A stretch of 62,156 bases of DNA, filler included, from Polymyxa betae A26-41 (GCA_003693705.1; 4 parts of 4 records of this genome joined end to end with filler, not necessarily neighbours in it), one strand, 5' to 3'; shown: positions 25,175 to 37,157, counted from the whole stretch's first letter. The notes: generated from the sequence alone by a model not told the origin. Made by a program: numbers and translations.

Positions 25175-25246
25175 GCCGCTATAGCACAGTGGTAGTGCAC
25201 CCGCTTCGTAAGCGGTAGGTCGCAGGTTCAATCCCTGCTGGCGGCA
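25175..25246 (+). tRNA. tRNA-Thr (CGT)
   Basis: Acceptor stem GCCGCTA/TGGCGGC, TAGCACAGTGG, anticodon loop ttCGTaa, GGTTCAATCCC, T-run downstream. Confidence 0.95.
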
Positions 25247-25678
25247 ATTGTTTTGATTTTGCGGATTTGCGACCACGCAAGCACCTGTACTTGGAGTTTT
25301 CAGATCGTGCGTCCGTGACTTCAATGAATGTGAGCGATTCAGGCCGAGGGGGTGAAAGGTTCAACCTGAGTCCCAAAATCTCGGTTTTTGCTTACATCTC
25401 GTAATCAAATTTTCTGAACATCATACTCTTGTATCTCGATTGCAAGCAAGTAGATCTGTGCAAAATGACTTGATTCAAACCTCACAAACAGACTCGGACT
25501 ATGATCGTTTCCTGCCTTTGCAATTAGTTCACGTCGATCTGCACTCAATACGGTTCCCGGCTACGGTCAGCTGTGATGAAAAATAATCGCTTTTCATGAA
25601 AATTTCATATCTGAAAACACATGCGTGTGACCGATGGTGACGTACCCTCCATAATAATCCCATACTATGGCTCGATTA

Positions 25679-26143
25679 TTATTCAATATATACCTTCGAT
25701 GTATCATGAATCTTAGATTTCCTGAATCCCGTTCCGCAACAGCTGTTCGACATCTTGTTAAAAAATAACCGAAAATAAGCTGATAGAAGGGACCTTATAG
25801 CGGATCTGAGATTGGCTGGATAATCGAGTACGCTAACTCTCGGATTATGCAAGAAGATCTCACAACTTGACACGGCTTCTTCTAAATCGTCGATGGAAAG
25901 TCTGAATATACAGGGGGTTCGTAGAGCGAGAGCGGCGTACGCCTGCTCCGTACGGTAGGTCGTACGCAGTCCATTCTGTACGACCTGGTAGTTAGCATAC
26001 GCTGAAATAGGCCCTTCCTCCCATAACATCGATATCTGGCTGTCAAATCCAATCCTGTTCTCTTGATAAAGAGCATGTTTGAATATTCCTGGTTTCCGGG
26101 ACCCGACTACGTGAGACTTAGATTGCTGTTTCAAGATGGGCAT
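25679..26143 (-). CDS. Hypothetical 154-aa protein; deleted paralog at ~28770-29050
   Basis: Open ORF with a homologous, internally deleted copy in the third repeat unit. Confidence 0.35.
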   Translation of the reverse strand: MPILKQQSKSHVVGSRKPGIFKHALYQENRIGFDSQISMLWEEGPISAYANYQVVQNGLRTTYRTEQAYAALALRTPCIFRLSIDDLEEAVSSCEIFLHNPRVSVLDYPANLRSAIRSLLSAYFRLFFNKMSNSCCGTGFRKSKIHDTSKVYIE

Positions 26144-26304
26144 GAAGGAATTTTTGTATTTTACTGTCAGTATATCATGTCAGCTGTTGTGTTCAAAATG
26201 TAGCTTTTTCATTTAGTCTGTGACCAATATATAGAATGACAGTTTTTTAGAAAACGTTGATTCTGTTCAGAGCAATTGCAGGTGACGTTGTTTGCAGCGT
26301 ATGG

Positions 26305-26650
26305 TTACAAGTATTTCTGTTGCAGAATCAGTTTGTAACTGTATCCTTCAAAGAGTTTCTCAATGCTCCTAATAATACATCTGTAATCCCGTTCATCTTC
26401 GTTCACATTCAAACTTTTGATCTTATTCATGATTTCATCTTGAAACCCTGAATTCTCTAGATGGTGTCGATAACTATCAAAATCTTGAGCAGAAGGAGCT
26501 TGTGACAACAGCCAATAATCTGTTTCAATATCTCATAACTTGAACTTTAGCGGATTTCGATATGCTGTCATTTCCTTTAATGCAGGCATCAATGAACGAC
26601 TTTGTGCATCAACTATTCTGACACGTTGAATTGTTGAAACTAGTTCGTCA
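26305..26650 (-). pseudogene. C-terminal remnant of a KCTD-like BTB paralog
   Basis: WLLSQAPSAQDFD..GFQDEIMNKI matches the C-termini of the other two copies; the BTB part is absent. Confidence 0.55.
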
Positions 26651-27299
26651 GTTTTGTGCATTAGATGCTCGAATGTTTCGCGCATGCGTAAACAAAATCG
26701 GCATTTATCTTGGATTCGATTGCTCAGTTTTTCTAATGGGCTTTCATCCGGTGTGATCAGTACGTGCTTAGATTAATGGAGGCCTGTTGTGCTTAATTTA
26801 TTCTCTCTGATCGCGTTTGCACAACATATTTACCGATCGTGAATCGATACCTCTTTGGATAATCATTGAATTGACTCGATTTAACATTTGTATCAAGACA
26901 AAACTGTATGAGCTTAGTAAAGGATCGTGTTGGGTTGGGTCCCCAGATTGTGCGGCGTCCTTTGCTAATTCGTCGATAATGTTGCTATCCGGGATTGCCG
27001 GCTTGACAGTATTATTTCGGGCCAGTTTGGCAAGATTCTTTGCACAATCCTTAACAAGTGCGTCCAGTACTCTTTGAATAAACCTGGTTTCCGGGACCAT
27101 ACAAGGTGAGGCTAAGATTGCTGTTTCAAAATGGTAATGAAGGGATTTAGTACTGTCAGTATATAATGTCAGCTGTTGAGTTTAATGCCAATTTTAACTT
27201 AGTCTGTAACCAATATAAAGAATGACGGGTTTTGGAAGTCAACGCAGACGTTTATTCGGTTCAGAGCAATTGCAGATGACGGGTTAATGTAACGTTTGG

Positions 27300-27987
27300 T
27301 TACATGTATTCATGTTGCAGGACCAGGCTGTACATGTTTCTATTGACTTCCTCTATGCTCCTAATAACCCATCTATAACCCAGTTCATCTTTGTTCGCAT
27401 TCATTTCATTGATCTGAGTCAAGATTTCATCTTGAAGTCCGGACTCTTCAAAGATGCATTGACTAACATCGAAATCTTGAGTAGGAGGAGGCTGTGACCG
27501 CGGCCAAGCATCTTAGTCCATAGGCTCGAAATCGAACTCTAGCGGATCTCGATATGTTATCATTTCCACTAATGCAGGCCTTGAACGGCGTTGTGCATCG
27601 AGTTTTCTGACACGTTGAATTGATGAAAGGAGTTCTTGTAATTGAAATTGATAATCAGCTTGACTTTGTGCATTGAGTTTAATTACACTTTGAATGGATG
27701 ATACCAGTTCGTGTAATTGAAAGTAATCCGCTTCTTGTAAAAGCAATGATAATGGAACTGTAGAAGTGGTTGACCAATGGAACTTCCTTGAACGCATATA
27801 CGGATAATATATACATAAATGGTTCAGGATCGCGATCTATGAAATGATTTCGGCTCGGGAATCTACACATAGCTGCTAGTAGACAATCCGGATATGATAA
27901 TAACAGGCTTCGCGTCGTTGTGAATAGTCGACCTCCAACATTCAGGTCTATTAAATCACTATCGTTGGAAGTTTCGTTCAAATCCAT
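27300..27987 (-). pseudogene. KCTD/T1-type BTB/POZ protein, frameshifted
   Basis: IDLNVGGRLFTTTRSLL..PDCLLAAM..FIDRDPEPF.YIL, one extra base, then LLQEADYFQLHEL. Confidence 0.85.
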
Positions 27988-28119
27988 TCAAAGACGATAT
28001 AGCTTAATGAAAATACAATCTGTTAGTTCGATGATCGCCTCAAAGTTTAAGGCGCTGAATGTCTTGCGGTGAATTTATGTATGAACGATGTGAGCTCAGT
28101 CGAGAGATTTGTAGATCGA

Positions 28120-28412
28120 CCCTGCTACGAACGCAACCTCCCATGCGCCTTAGTAGAGTCACAACCGGGGTGCAGCCTCCTCGCTATAGTGGAAGCCGTC
28201 TTGATTTGTCCTCTTTCTGCATACTGTACTTCTACGCGCCTCAATAGACAGTAGCTTATTGAATTATCACCAGTTCGCTTGGTGATGGGCTGCTGTCGAC
28301 AGCTCACCACGAGATAATGGACACAGAAGGCTTTCCACTTTAGGGGGGCTGCACCCCGGTTCGGACTCTAAGTCTGGCGCAACCTTATAGGGAGGTTGCG
28401 TTCGTAGCAGGG
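28120..28412. mobile_element. MITE with perfect TIRs (CCCTGCTACGAACGCAACCTCCC), flanked by TCGA
   Basis: 23-bp perfect inverted termini; TCGA on both sides (TSD or TIR extension). Confidence 0.85.
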
Positions 28413-29249
28413 TCGAAAGGAAAATATAAAAAACAGGATGAAATATTATGACATCCGATTGAATATAGAGCCGATGAGAATTCTATGGTGGTCGGAGAAC
28501 CAGTCATTAACCGAGAGCTGTAATGTCGGAGAGACTACTCGAACTTGAGACCAATCAGAGCGGCGTGTATTGGATTGGATTGGATTCTACTAGTTTGTTG
28601 ATGGTTCAGGTCGATCTGCACTCAATACGAATCCCACTTGATTGTCCGGGCTACTATCAGCTGTGAGAAAGCGATCGCTTTCCATAGGGATTCCATATCT
28701 GAAAAACACATGCGTGTGACCGATGGTGAAGCACCCTCCCTAATAATCTCATACTATATGTCTCTATCGCTATACAATGAATGACTTCAATGTATCATCG
28801 GTTTTAGGTTTCATGAATCCCTTTCCGCAACAGCTGTTAGACGTCATGTGGAATATTAAACGAAAAACAGCTGATAACAGAACAATATAACGGTTCTGAG
28901 ATTGGATTAATGATCGAGTAGGCTAACTCTCGGATTATGAAAAAAGATTTCACAACTTGACACTGTTCTTGATAAAGAGCATGCTTGAACATACCTGGTT
29001 TGGGGACAGGACTAGGTGAGGCTAAGATTGCTGCGTCAAGATGGCCAGGAAGGACTAGGTGAGGTTAAGATTGCTGCGTCAAGATGGCCAGGAAGGAAAT
29101 TTGTATTATCCTGTCAGTATATCTTGTGATGCGTTTGATGCTGCTTTTCACTTAGTCTGTGACCAATACAATAGAATGATGATGTTTATTGTTCGGCTCA
29201 GAGCAATTGCAGATACCGTAAAGGGCCAATGTTACGCAGTAACATTTGG

Positions 29250-29862
29250 TTACAAGTATTCCTGTTGCAGGATCACCTTGTACGAGTATAGAGAGGGTTC
29301 CTCTATGCACCTAATTACCCATCTGTAACCCAGTTCGTCTTTGTTCGCATTCAATTGTTCGATCTCATTCACGATTTGTTCATGAAACCCTGAACCCTTG
29401 AGTTGGCGTCGGCTAACATCAAAATCTTGTGCAGAAGGAGCCTGCGACCACAGCCAACAATCTGTGTCAATATCTCGTAACTCGATTTTTGACGAAATTA
29501 GGTGTGCTGTCAATTCCTTTAATGCAGGCATCGATGAACGTTGTGCATCGAGTTTAATGTCACGTTGAATGGTTGAAACTAGTTCGTGTAATTGAAAATA
29601 ATCCGCTTCTTGTAAAATTAATGATAATGGAACTGTAGAGTTGGTTGATCAATGGAATTTCTTTGAACGCATATACGATAATATATACATAAATGGTTCA
29701 GGATCTCGATCTATGAAATGATTTCGGCTCGGGAATCTACACATAGCTGCTAGTAGAGAATCCGGATATGATAATAACTGGCTTCGCGTCGTTGTGAATA
29801 GTCGACCTCCAACATTCAGTTCTATTAAATCACTATCGTTGGAAGTTTCGTTCAAATCCATC
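29250..29862 (-). pseudogene. KCTD/T1-type BTB/POZ protein with a premature TGA
   Basis: MDLNETSNDSDLIELNVGGRLFTTTRSQLL..FIDRDPEPFMYILSY; TGA where the paralog has TGG (FHW). Confidence 0.85.
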
Positions 29863-30056
29863 CAGCGACAATATAGCTTAATAAAAGTACAATTACGATG
29901 TCGCCTTAAAGTTTGAGGTGAATGCGCTGCTGCAAATTTATGGATTCTGACGAGTGAATATCGAACCGATGAGAAATCTGTGGTGGTCCGGAGATCCAAT
30001 TATCTGTAATGCAGGTGAGACTACTCGAATATGAGATCTATTCAGAGCGGCGTGTA

Positions 30057-30430
30057 TTGAATTGGATTCTACTAGATTGTTGATGGCTGTCAATAGAAGG
30101 CTCTTTATCCAAACCGCAAGGCCGGTCATACTGAATCATCGCCTTAAATCAACCAGGATTCCAACTTCCATCTTCGCAGCTATGTATAAATTCAACCATT
30201 GTTGTTCGTCTATATCTTGGTGTGCCGAATTGGATGGACCAAAGAGAGGATCGACGAGGTAGGATAGGAACCCGCCCAATACAACAAAGTAGACATTATG
30301 TACTCTAACTCATCTATTACTCCCCTATTAAGTTTCCAGCTTCTATCTAGATCATTGTATATAGTATCCGTTGTCATATATGCAGGAGAGGAACTTTGCC
30401 ATACGAAATTCTCTCGAAGAAACATCAAGC
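30057..30430 (-). mobile_element. 5'-truncated LINE 3' end (third, divergent copy)
   Basis: ORF end MAKFLSCIYDNGYYIQ* is homologous to MAKLLRKAAKNGCDI*. Shares GATAGAAGCTGGA after the stop and has a degenerate CCAAT tail. Confidence 0.55.
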
Positions 30431-31341
30431 TTAGTCAATTTGAAGACTACCCTAACTAGGCTCTTGTCCTAGAAAGCAAAGTCGAGGATATTGAAGAACG
30501 ATTAAACTGCAATAACATTCTTCTCAATGGAGCCCGAACAGGACGCTGTCGGGCCAGAACACATTTGAACATTATAAAAATTGAATGGGAATTTACATGT
30601 CGAGATTGTGTGCGATATTGAGAAACTGTAGAATATCAACTAATACAAAAAGAACACGAATCAGCTAAAGCAAGTTTGTGACAAATATAAGGAATTAGAA
30701 ATCAGCAGCTTCGATGAAGCACTTTATTACGAACAGTGAATGCATGCAATTAAGATTCTTTTCGAGCTTTTTAGCATCATTCTGTGTGAAGAAACAAATT
30801 TCCTCTTCACCAAATGCTGCTGCTTTTTTGCATGGGTTTCCCGGCTGTAAACAATCTTTTTTCTGTGTGGAACTTTATGAAATCCAATTCGATTTCATTG
30901 TTATTGCTATTGGAGCTAATTTTTCGGCGATGTCTTTACCAACTGCATGTGTATATTTCTATTGCAAGGAAGGGTGACGAGTCGCTGAATGCGTCACAGT
31001 GAATCGATGACTGGATGGATGTTCCGTTCGGCAAGCTCTAGCGGACAGACTGTATCAAGACCGGTCTGTATTGCTATAATCTCTGATTCGTAGCTAGATA
31101 CAGCGTTCATGAGGCTATTTTGATCGAGCGTTTAGATATCGGATCGTAATCTTCAATGTTGGAGATATGTACCATACGCCTGTCACCTGTGAGAACGGTG
31201 CTTGTGGAACTTTCATTTACTGAGGCCCTCGAGGGTCATTGAATTTATAGATTCCTGTGAATGGATTCTAGAATCGAATTCTTTTGCTATCGTTTTTTCA
31301 ATTGCATATCGAAAAGGCGTCCGACTGTCTACGTTGCAATG

Positions 31342-31962
31342 TGGATTGGATTGGATTGGATTGGATTGTACTAGCTATTGTGCCTTTCGGCAAAGTGGGC
31401 GGCACTTTAACCCTACGGTAGTGCGGGGCACAGACCCGAAAGTCCGTGGCTCTCCTACTAAATAAAAATTCGGAGGTCTACACCCTTGAGAGTAAATAGC
31501 GAATTTCAGCCGAACGGAGGATTTAGAGACCTATTATTGAAGGGTAGAGACCTGTTGGCCCAACCCTACAGGGAGTTGAACCCTGTACTCAAACATTGAC
31601 TCGATCTCATGCTGATCTTCCAGCTTCTATCACACGCTGTATATTATATTGGACATCCATGTTTGTATGCTTTCTGTAACATCTGTCTCATGAGTTTGGG
31701 CTGTTGCCAAAGGGCTGTACTAAAGTTAGTTATCCTCTGGGAACTATATTTTGCGCCTATGGCGTAATAATGCTGTCTCGAAATATGAACATTTCAGGAG
31801 GAGATGCTCCAGTGTCTCATTATATTGATTACAATATCGACATGCACTGTTACCTTGCCCTTCGGCTTTTTTCATGGATAAGGCACAATGGGTAAGAATT
31901 TTGTTTTGAAACAGGGAGAATCTCGACATTGCGGATAATAAAGGGATCTGGGTTGTATGTTC
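31342..31962 (-). mobile_element. Non-LTR retrotransposon (LINE) 3' end with CCHC zinc knuckle and (CCAAT)n tail; runs into a gap
   Basis: CRYCNQYNETLEHLLLKC (zf-RVT-like), ORF end KAYKHGCPI*, about five TTGGA repeats on the + strand. Confidence 0.8.
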
Positions 31963-32062
31963 NNNNNNNNNNNNNNNNNNNNNNNNNNNNNNNNNNNNNN
32001 NNNNNNTTAATTAATTAANNNNNNNNNNNNNNNNNNNNNNNNNNNNNNNNNNNNNNNNNNNN

Positions 32063-34621
32063 AACGCATGAACCGTACCCTAGTTGAAAGGGCCCGATCA
32101 ATGATGCTTCACGCCGGACTCCCGAACAGATATTGGGGACACGCAATGGCCACGGCGGCACACATTACAAATCGGCTCCCGTCTTCGGCAAACAAAGCGC
32201 GCACACCGTACGAGTTATTCTTCGGCACTCAGCCGAGCTTATCTCATCTTCGTATATTCGGATGTCGAGCCTTCGCTCATGTTCCCGATCAGAAACGAAG
32301 AAAGTTCGACGCCAAAGCAACCACCTGCACATTTCTCGGTTATCCTTCTAATCAAAAAGGATATATCGTGCAAGAGGATTGCAGTGGCAGAATCTTCACT
32401 TCGAGAGACGTCACTTTCGACGAATCACTATTTCCTCACAATCACGTCTCCACTTTCAATATGGACAATTCAATCTACGACTCACCTGTTGACGAGACAC
32501 CCCTCGGACTTCGCAACACCGAATCTTCACCTGATTCCGTTATGATTCCGGCAGTTGATGAATTATCTGAGGATGACGATGTTACGTTACTGACCGATAC
32601 AAGTAACATTATCGGTGAATCTGATGTAACATTACAAGAAATCGACGACGTCATTCCTCCCAATGATGCGATCGCAACAAGCGACCAGCAAACTGAACCC
32701 GCAGAGTCATTAGAGATCAGCAATGAACAAAACTCATCAACTCCATCTGACCAAGTCTCAAATCGGACTTCGACTAGAGTCCGAGCACGGCCACCTCGCT
32801 TTCAGGAGATCCAAGAGCGTGAACATATGGAACGAATGTTGAAGAGTCATCGCCGCCATCATGTGAACGCCGTTTTGGAACCTGGCTCATACAATGAGGC
32901 AACGTCAGGGAATGATAACGAACAGTGGAGATTGGCTATGGAAAACGAATACAAGTCTTTGATAGAAAACAAGACTTGGATCCTATCCGAATTGCCGCCT
33001 GGACGTAAACCTATTAAATCAAAATGGGTTTTTAAAGCGAAACTGGATGACAATGGTGACGTCGAAAGATACAAAGCTCGCCTTGTGGCTCAAGGGTTTA
33101 GCCAAAGATTTGGTGTCGATTATGACGACACGTTCTCACCAGTTGCGACAATGACAACATTTCGGATTCTGATCGGTCTGATGGCCAAACACTGGTGCGT
33201 GCATCAACTGGATGTTGATACGGCCTATCTAAACGCCGACATCGATACTGAGCTTTATATCACACAACCAGAAGCGTTCGAAATACAGAGCCTGCGAGAG
33301 CGGCCTCTTGTTTGCAAATTACAAAAAGCGATTTACGGATTAAAGCAGGCCGGCTTGGCCTGGTATAACCACCTGACTGCTCTTCTCTCTAATTTGGGTT
33401 TTCACAAGTCTGTCCACGACCCATGCCTATTCATCAGTGACTCCGATACCAACTCTATCAGGCTGATAGCGACCTATGTGGACGATATAATCATCGCATC
33501 AAAATCCAAAGAAAATGTCACGAAATTCGAGACTGATATCGCTCGTTCGCTGAAGGTCAAGCTGCTTGGGGAGGCCAAACGAATCTTAGGCTGGCAAATC
33601 AGCTATGACCACGTCAGCAGCACAGTGACCGTCACACAACAAGCTTATAGAGAGAGTCTTGGCAGCTTTTGGGATGTTAGATTGCAATCCAGCTCCAACG
33701 CCTTCGTTGAAAAGCCAACGACCCCAAGATTCTGGCGATTTGACAGACACTTCGGCCACGGACTTCCCTTACCGTCAAGCTATCGGAAGCCTCATGTATA
33801 TATCTAACAGCACGCGGCCCGATGTCGCGCAGTCTGTCCACCACGCGGCACGCTATGTTAACAACCCCACGCAATGGGACGTTACTCAAGTCAAGAGAAT
33901 CCAGTCTCCACTAATCGCTGTATAATATTTCGCGACTCAAAAACGCATTCTCTATGCGGTTTTACGGATTCTGATTACGCCAGCAGCCTCATTGACCCCA
34001 GATCAACTTCTGGCTATATCTTCTTTGCAAATGGACCAATATGCTGGTCATCAAGACAACAAAGGGTAACTGCATTGTCTACAACGGAGGCTGAGTGCAA
34101 TGCACTTTGCGAAGCTGCAAAGGAGGTGGTCTGGTTATCAAATTTATTGCATGACATGACTTTGAAGAAACCTGAAGAAGCCGTCGAGATCTTCGAAGAC
34201 AATACAGGATGTATTGCACTTGTTCAAGGCAAACGAACGACATCGCGCACCAGACATGTCGCAGTACGAATTAACTTCATCCGGGATCTGATCAAGGCCA
34301 ATGTAATCAAAGTTTTACGTTGCTCGACTGACGCCATGGTTGCCGACCCGCTTACAAAACCACTGGGGACCATCGAGTTCAATCGCAAGATTGCGCTCTT
34401 GATGAACGAAACGAAAGGTTCTCCGGCAAGGGAGAGTGTTGAGCTGCATAATCTCACGTGACCTTCCGGTGAGACTGGCAGATCTGTACCTGCGAACCGA
34501 TCGGGGGCGTACTGGCCCCCGAGCCCCCCCTGTGACCACTTTGACCTTTATATCCTACTAAACCATTTCATTCTGCTACTAATCTCGTTAGCCTCGCATC
34601 GCTTTAGCTCCCAAGCGAACA
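32063..34621 (+). mobile_element. Ty1/copia retrotransposon 3' half: integrase C-terminus, RT, RNase H, PPT and 3' LTR (34437-34621); frameshifted
   Basis: ERMNRTLVERARSM, LRIFGCRAF, FLGY, YKARLVAQGF, QLDVDTAYLN, AIYGLKQAG, YVDDII, FTDSDYA, TTEAE, ADPLTK in INT-RT-RH order. caagggagag|TGTT...AACA. Frameshifts at ~33650 and ~33905. Confidence 0.95.
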
Positions 34622-34812
34622 AAACGGACGACAGAACTCAGGTTCTCTGGATTCTATTTCAAAGTTTATTACTGTGGCAACTGTTTGAGCGATAACCAGT
34701 TCTGCAGGACGTGTCTTGAAGATCGTGAGAGAGAATAGCATTCTACTAAAGCAGACTTATATCCTTGGTCAATTGTTTTTTATTTAAACCCTTCAAGAAG
34801 TTCCGGTAAGTT

Positions 34813-35665
34813 TGGGGCTCAAATGCTTAAGAGTGAATAATTTCCACTGTTACAATTCTCGCAGTTTAGGGGCTCAAATGCTTAAGATTGAATAATATTC
34901 ACTCTTACAAGTCTCGCAGTTTAGGGGCTCAAATGCTTAAGAGTGAATAATAATCACTCTTACAAGTCTCGCAGTTTAGGGGCTCAAATGCTTAATAATA
35001 TTCACTCTTACAAGTCTCGCAGTTTAGGGGCTCAAATGTGTAAGAGTGAATAATATTCAATATTCACTCTTACAAGGCTCGCAGTTTTGGGGCTCAATTT
35101 CTTAAGAGTGAATAAATCTGATGACGCATGTCGTTTTTGTTCAACTGAGAGCGAAACGCTTGAGCACCTACTAATCCACTGCCCTAAACTACAACAGAAA
35201 CTAGGCAAATTCCGAAGCCAATACAACCAGGCCCCCAAACTCAATTTCAACGACACATTATGGAAACATAGCAATAATATGGCAAAACTGCTACGAAAAG
35301 CTGCGAAGAATGGCTGCGATATATAGCCGCGATGTTCGAGAAAGCTGGGATACCAGCAGGGGATAAAGACAGCCTCTTGAGGGTTCAGGGTTCAACTCCC
35401 TGTAGGATTGGGCCAACCGGTGGCTGCCTTCACTGTCAATATCTCTAAGTCCTCTGTAGGGGTGAACTACGATATTATCAAATGGGCTGAATTATCTCTG
35501 AAATATTTAAGTAAGAGAACCTGGACTTATGTTCAGGCTCCGCACTAGGGTAACTGTGCCGCCTACCCCACCGAAAGGTGCGAACAAATAGAGCAATCCA
35601 ATCCAATCCATCCAAGAGTGAATAATATTCACTCTTACAAGGTTCGCTGTTTTTGGGTCTCCAAT
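34813..35665. repeat. Palindromic 55-bp minisatellite (~6 units) split by a LINE insertion
   Basis: Unit GGGGCTCAAATGCTTAAGAGTGAATAATATTCACTCTTACAAGTCTCGCAGTTTA, head-to-tail without spacers, containing an 11-bp inverted repeat. Confidence 0.9.
35116..35613 (+). mobile_element. 5'-truncated LINE with CCHC knuckle, structured 3' UTR, (CCAAT)n tail and 12-bp TSD
   Basis: CRFCSTESETLEHLLIHC; tail caatccaatccaatcc; TSD AAGAGTGAATAA at 35104-35115 and 35614-35625. Confidence 0.88.
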
Positions 35666-36216
35666 GCTTCAGCCAGTCTCTTTGTGCGGCGATTTGCAGT
35701 TAGGAGCCGCGACACAACCAGGAATCCACAGCCTCCTTCCCGGGAAGATCGCCGCTTCAACATTCCCGCCCGATCGCCCGGGAAAGGTCTTGGCTGACCT
35801 AAATCTGGTGTTCAGCCTCAAGTGCGAGTCCACAGGAATGGCCTTGTGAGGACGTCCGCGATGATTTTGCTGATTGGACAATACTGCACGATTATCGCTC
35901 CCTCCAAGTTCTTATCCTTCGTGAAGTGATATCTCACCTCTAAATCTTTCGTTTGGACACAGACATTTCCTATTCATCAATCTCTGTAGTCATGCGAATT
36001 AGCTCTACCAGCTCTTAAGATATTGTTTGTCTGGATGACTATACAATATTTCAGTATGAAGAGCGGTCTTGAAGAACAGATTTGGGTGGTGAACCATATA
36101 AAATGGTGACATTCGTGGATTTTGAAGTATCATCTGGGACCGATGAACTGGTATACACAATGAACTTTAGAAGATAATCCAGGCTCGAGTTTATGTTGAT
36201 AATGAGAAATGATTGT

Positions 36217-37004
36217 TCAATCTGCTATCCGCTCCATTCGGAATGGAGTGAGTTTTCGAATTAAAGGGAGAGTGTCTGAGAAGTATATATTAGCAGCCAT
36301 ATTACATGATCGATGACCTGGGCTTTTCCATTTCGGATCAGAGACTGCCGAATGGACAATATTTTTACAGCCATTGCATGGAGCGCTTCGATACAGAATA
36401 CTCAAACGTAAAAGATATAATTTCCAAAGGCGATTTCCCTCCATCATTCTAAAAACAGTCAAAATCTCCAACAATCAAACACTCGGTTACTTACATTCTA
36501 TTGGTCTGCAAATTCGGATCCTTTATAGCCCAGGCTGCTAAACGGACACATAAAGCTTCGTCCAATCGGTGATTGAATACAATCTCGAGCAGTTCATAAC
36601 TAAGAGGAAACGATGAAGCTAAATGGCGACAAAGAGCTCGAAGACCATTGCAGATATATCGGTCGCTGATATACAGCATAGTATCGAGATCTGTCGTGTT
36701 TAATGGACGACTGACCGTCAGATAAATCCAATCGAGGAAAAATAGCGAATCGATCAGGCTTTTCTTCTTCAACTAGTACTTTACCAGTCGCGAGATTGTC
36801 TTTTCTGCTCTCCATCCAGCAAGATCCAGGCTGGAACATAATCTTAAAGAACTCTGAATGCATCGACAGCATGAACTGATGAACTTTGAATGTAGCTGGT
36901 GGATCAGAGCTATCCGAATCTTTCACTTCAATGATAACATCACCATTCTCGTACCAATGCGGTCTTGCTGAAGCTTCTGCCTTATCAACATCACAATCTG
37001 CCAT
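36217..37004 (-). pseudogene. BTB/POZ protein with C-terminal Cys motif (paralog 1, frameshifted)
   Basis: WYENGDVIIEV..FKVHQFMLSMHSEFFKIMF; frameshift at ~36740; LDWIY..ISDRYIC; second exon CNGC..SDPKW. Confidence 0.85.
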
Positions 37005-37157
37005 AGTAAACAGTTCGCTTTGCAATACGACAAGCTAGAATCGGAGGATGATCTTTCTTCACAACTTCCGACCTCCGACCATCAGTAATTCATTGGTTCT
37101 CATAATCAGAATTCTCTCTCTCAACCTGCTGTAGTAGCTTATATAACTTTCTAAAAA

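Larger units (their letters stand above)
25533..30085 (-). repeat. Tandem segmental triplication of a unit carrying a KCTD-like BTB gene and a small ORF
   Basis: Shared blocks at 25533/28610 (gtcgatctgcactcaatacg..catgcgtgtgaccgatggtga), 26110/27110/29020 (agattgctg..caa.atgg) and 28460-28605/29955-30085. Confidence 0.8.

Noticed and set aside
29009-29098. 43-bp tandem duplication
   Set aside because: Simple local duplication in decayed sequence.
31963-32062. TTAATTAATTAA palindrome inside N-runs (also at ~43263 and ~59857)
   Set aside because: Identical filler in three gaps with stops in all six frames; an assembly linker, not biology.
34813-35115. CRISPR-like palindromic repeat array
   Set aside because: Units are contiguous with no unique spacers, there are no cas genes, and the context is eukaryotic.
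35560-35590. HDV-like ribozyme (hairpin followed by GCGAA)
   Set aside because: The nested P1/P1.1/P2/P3 pseudoknot could not be built, and CGAA is not conserved in the second copy.
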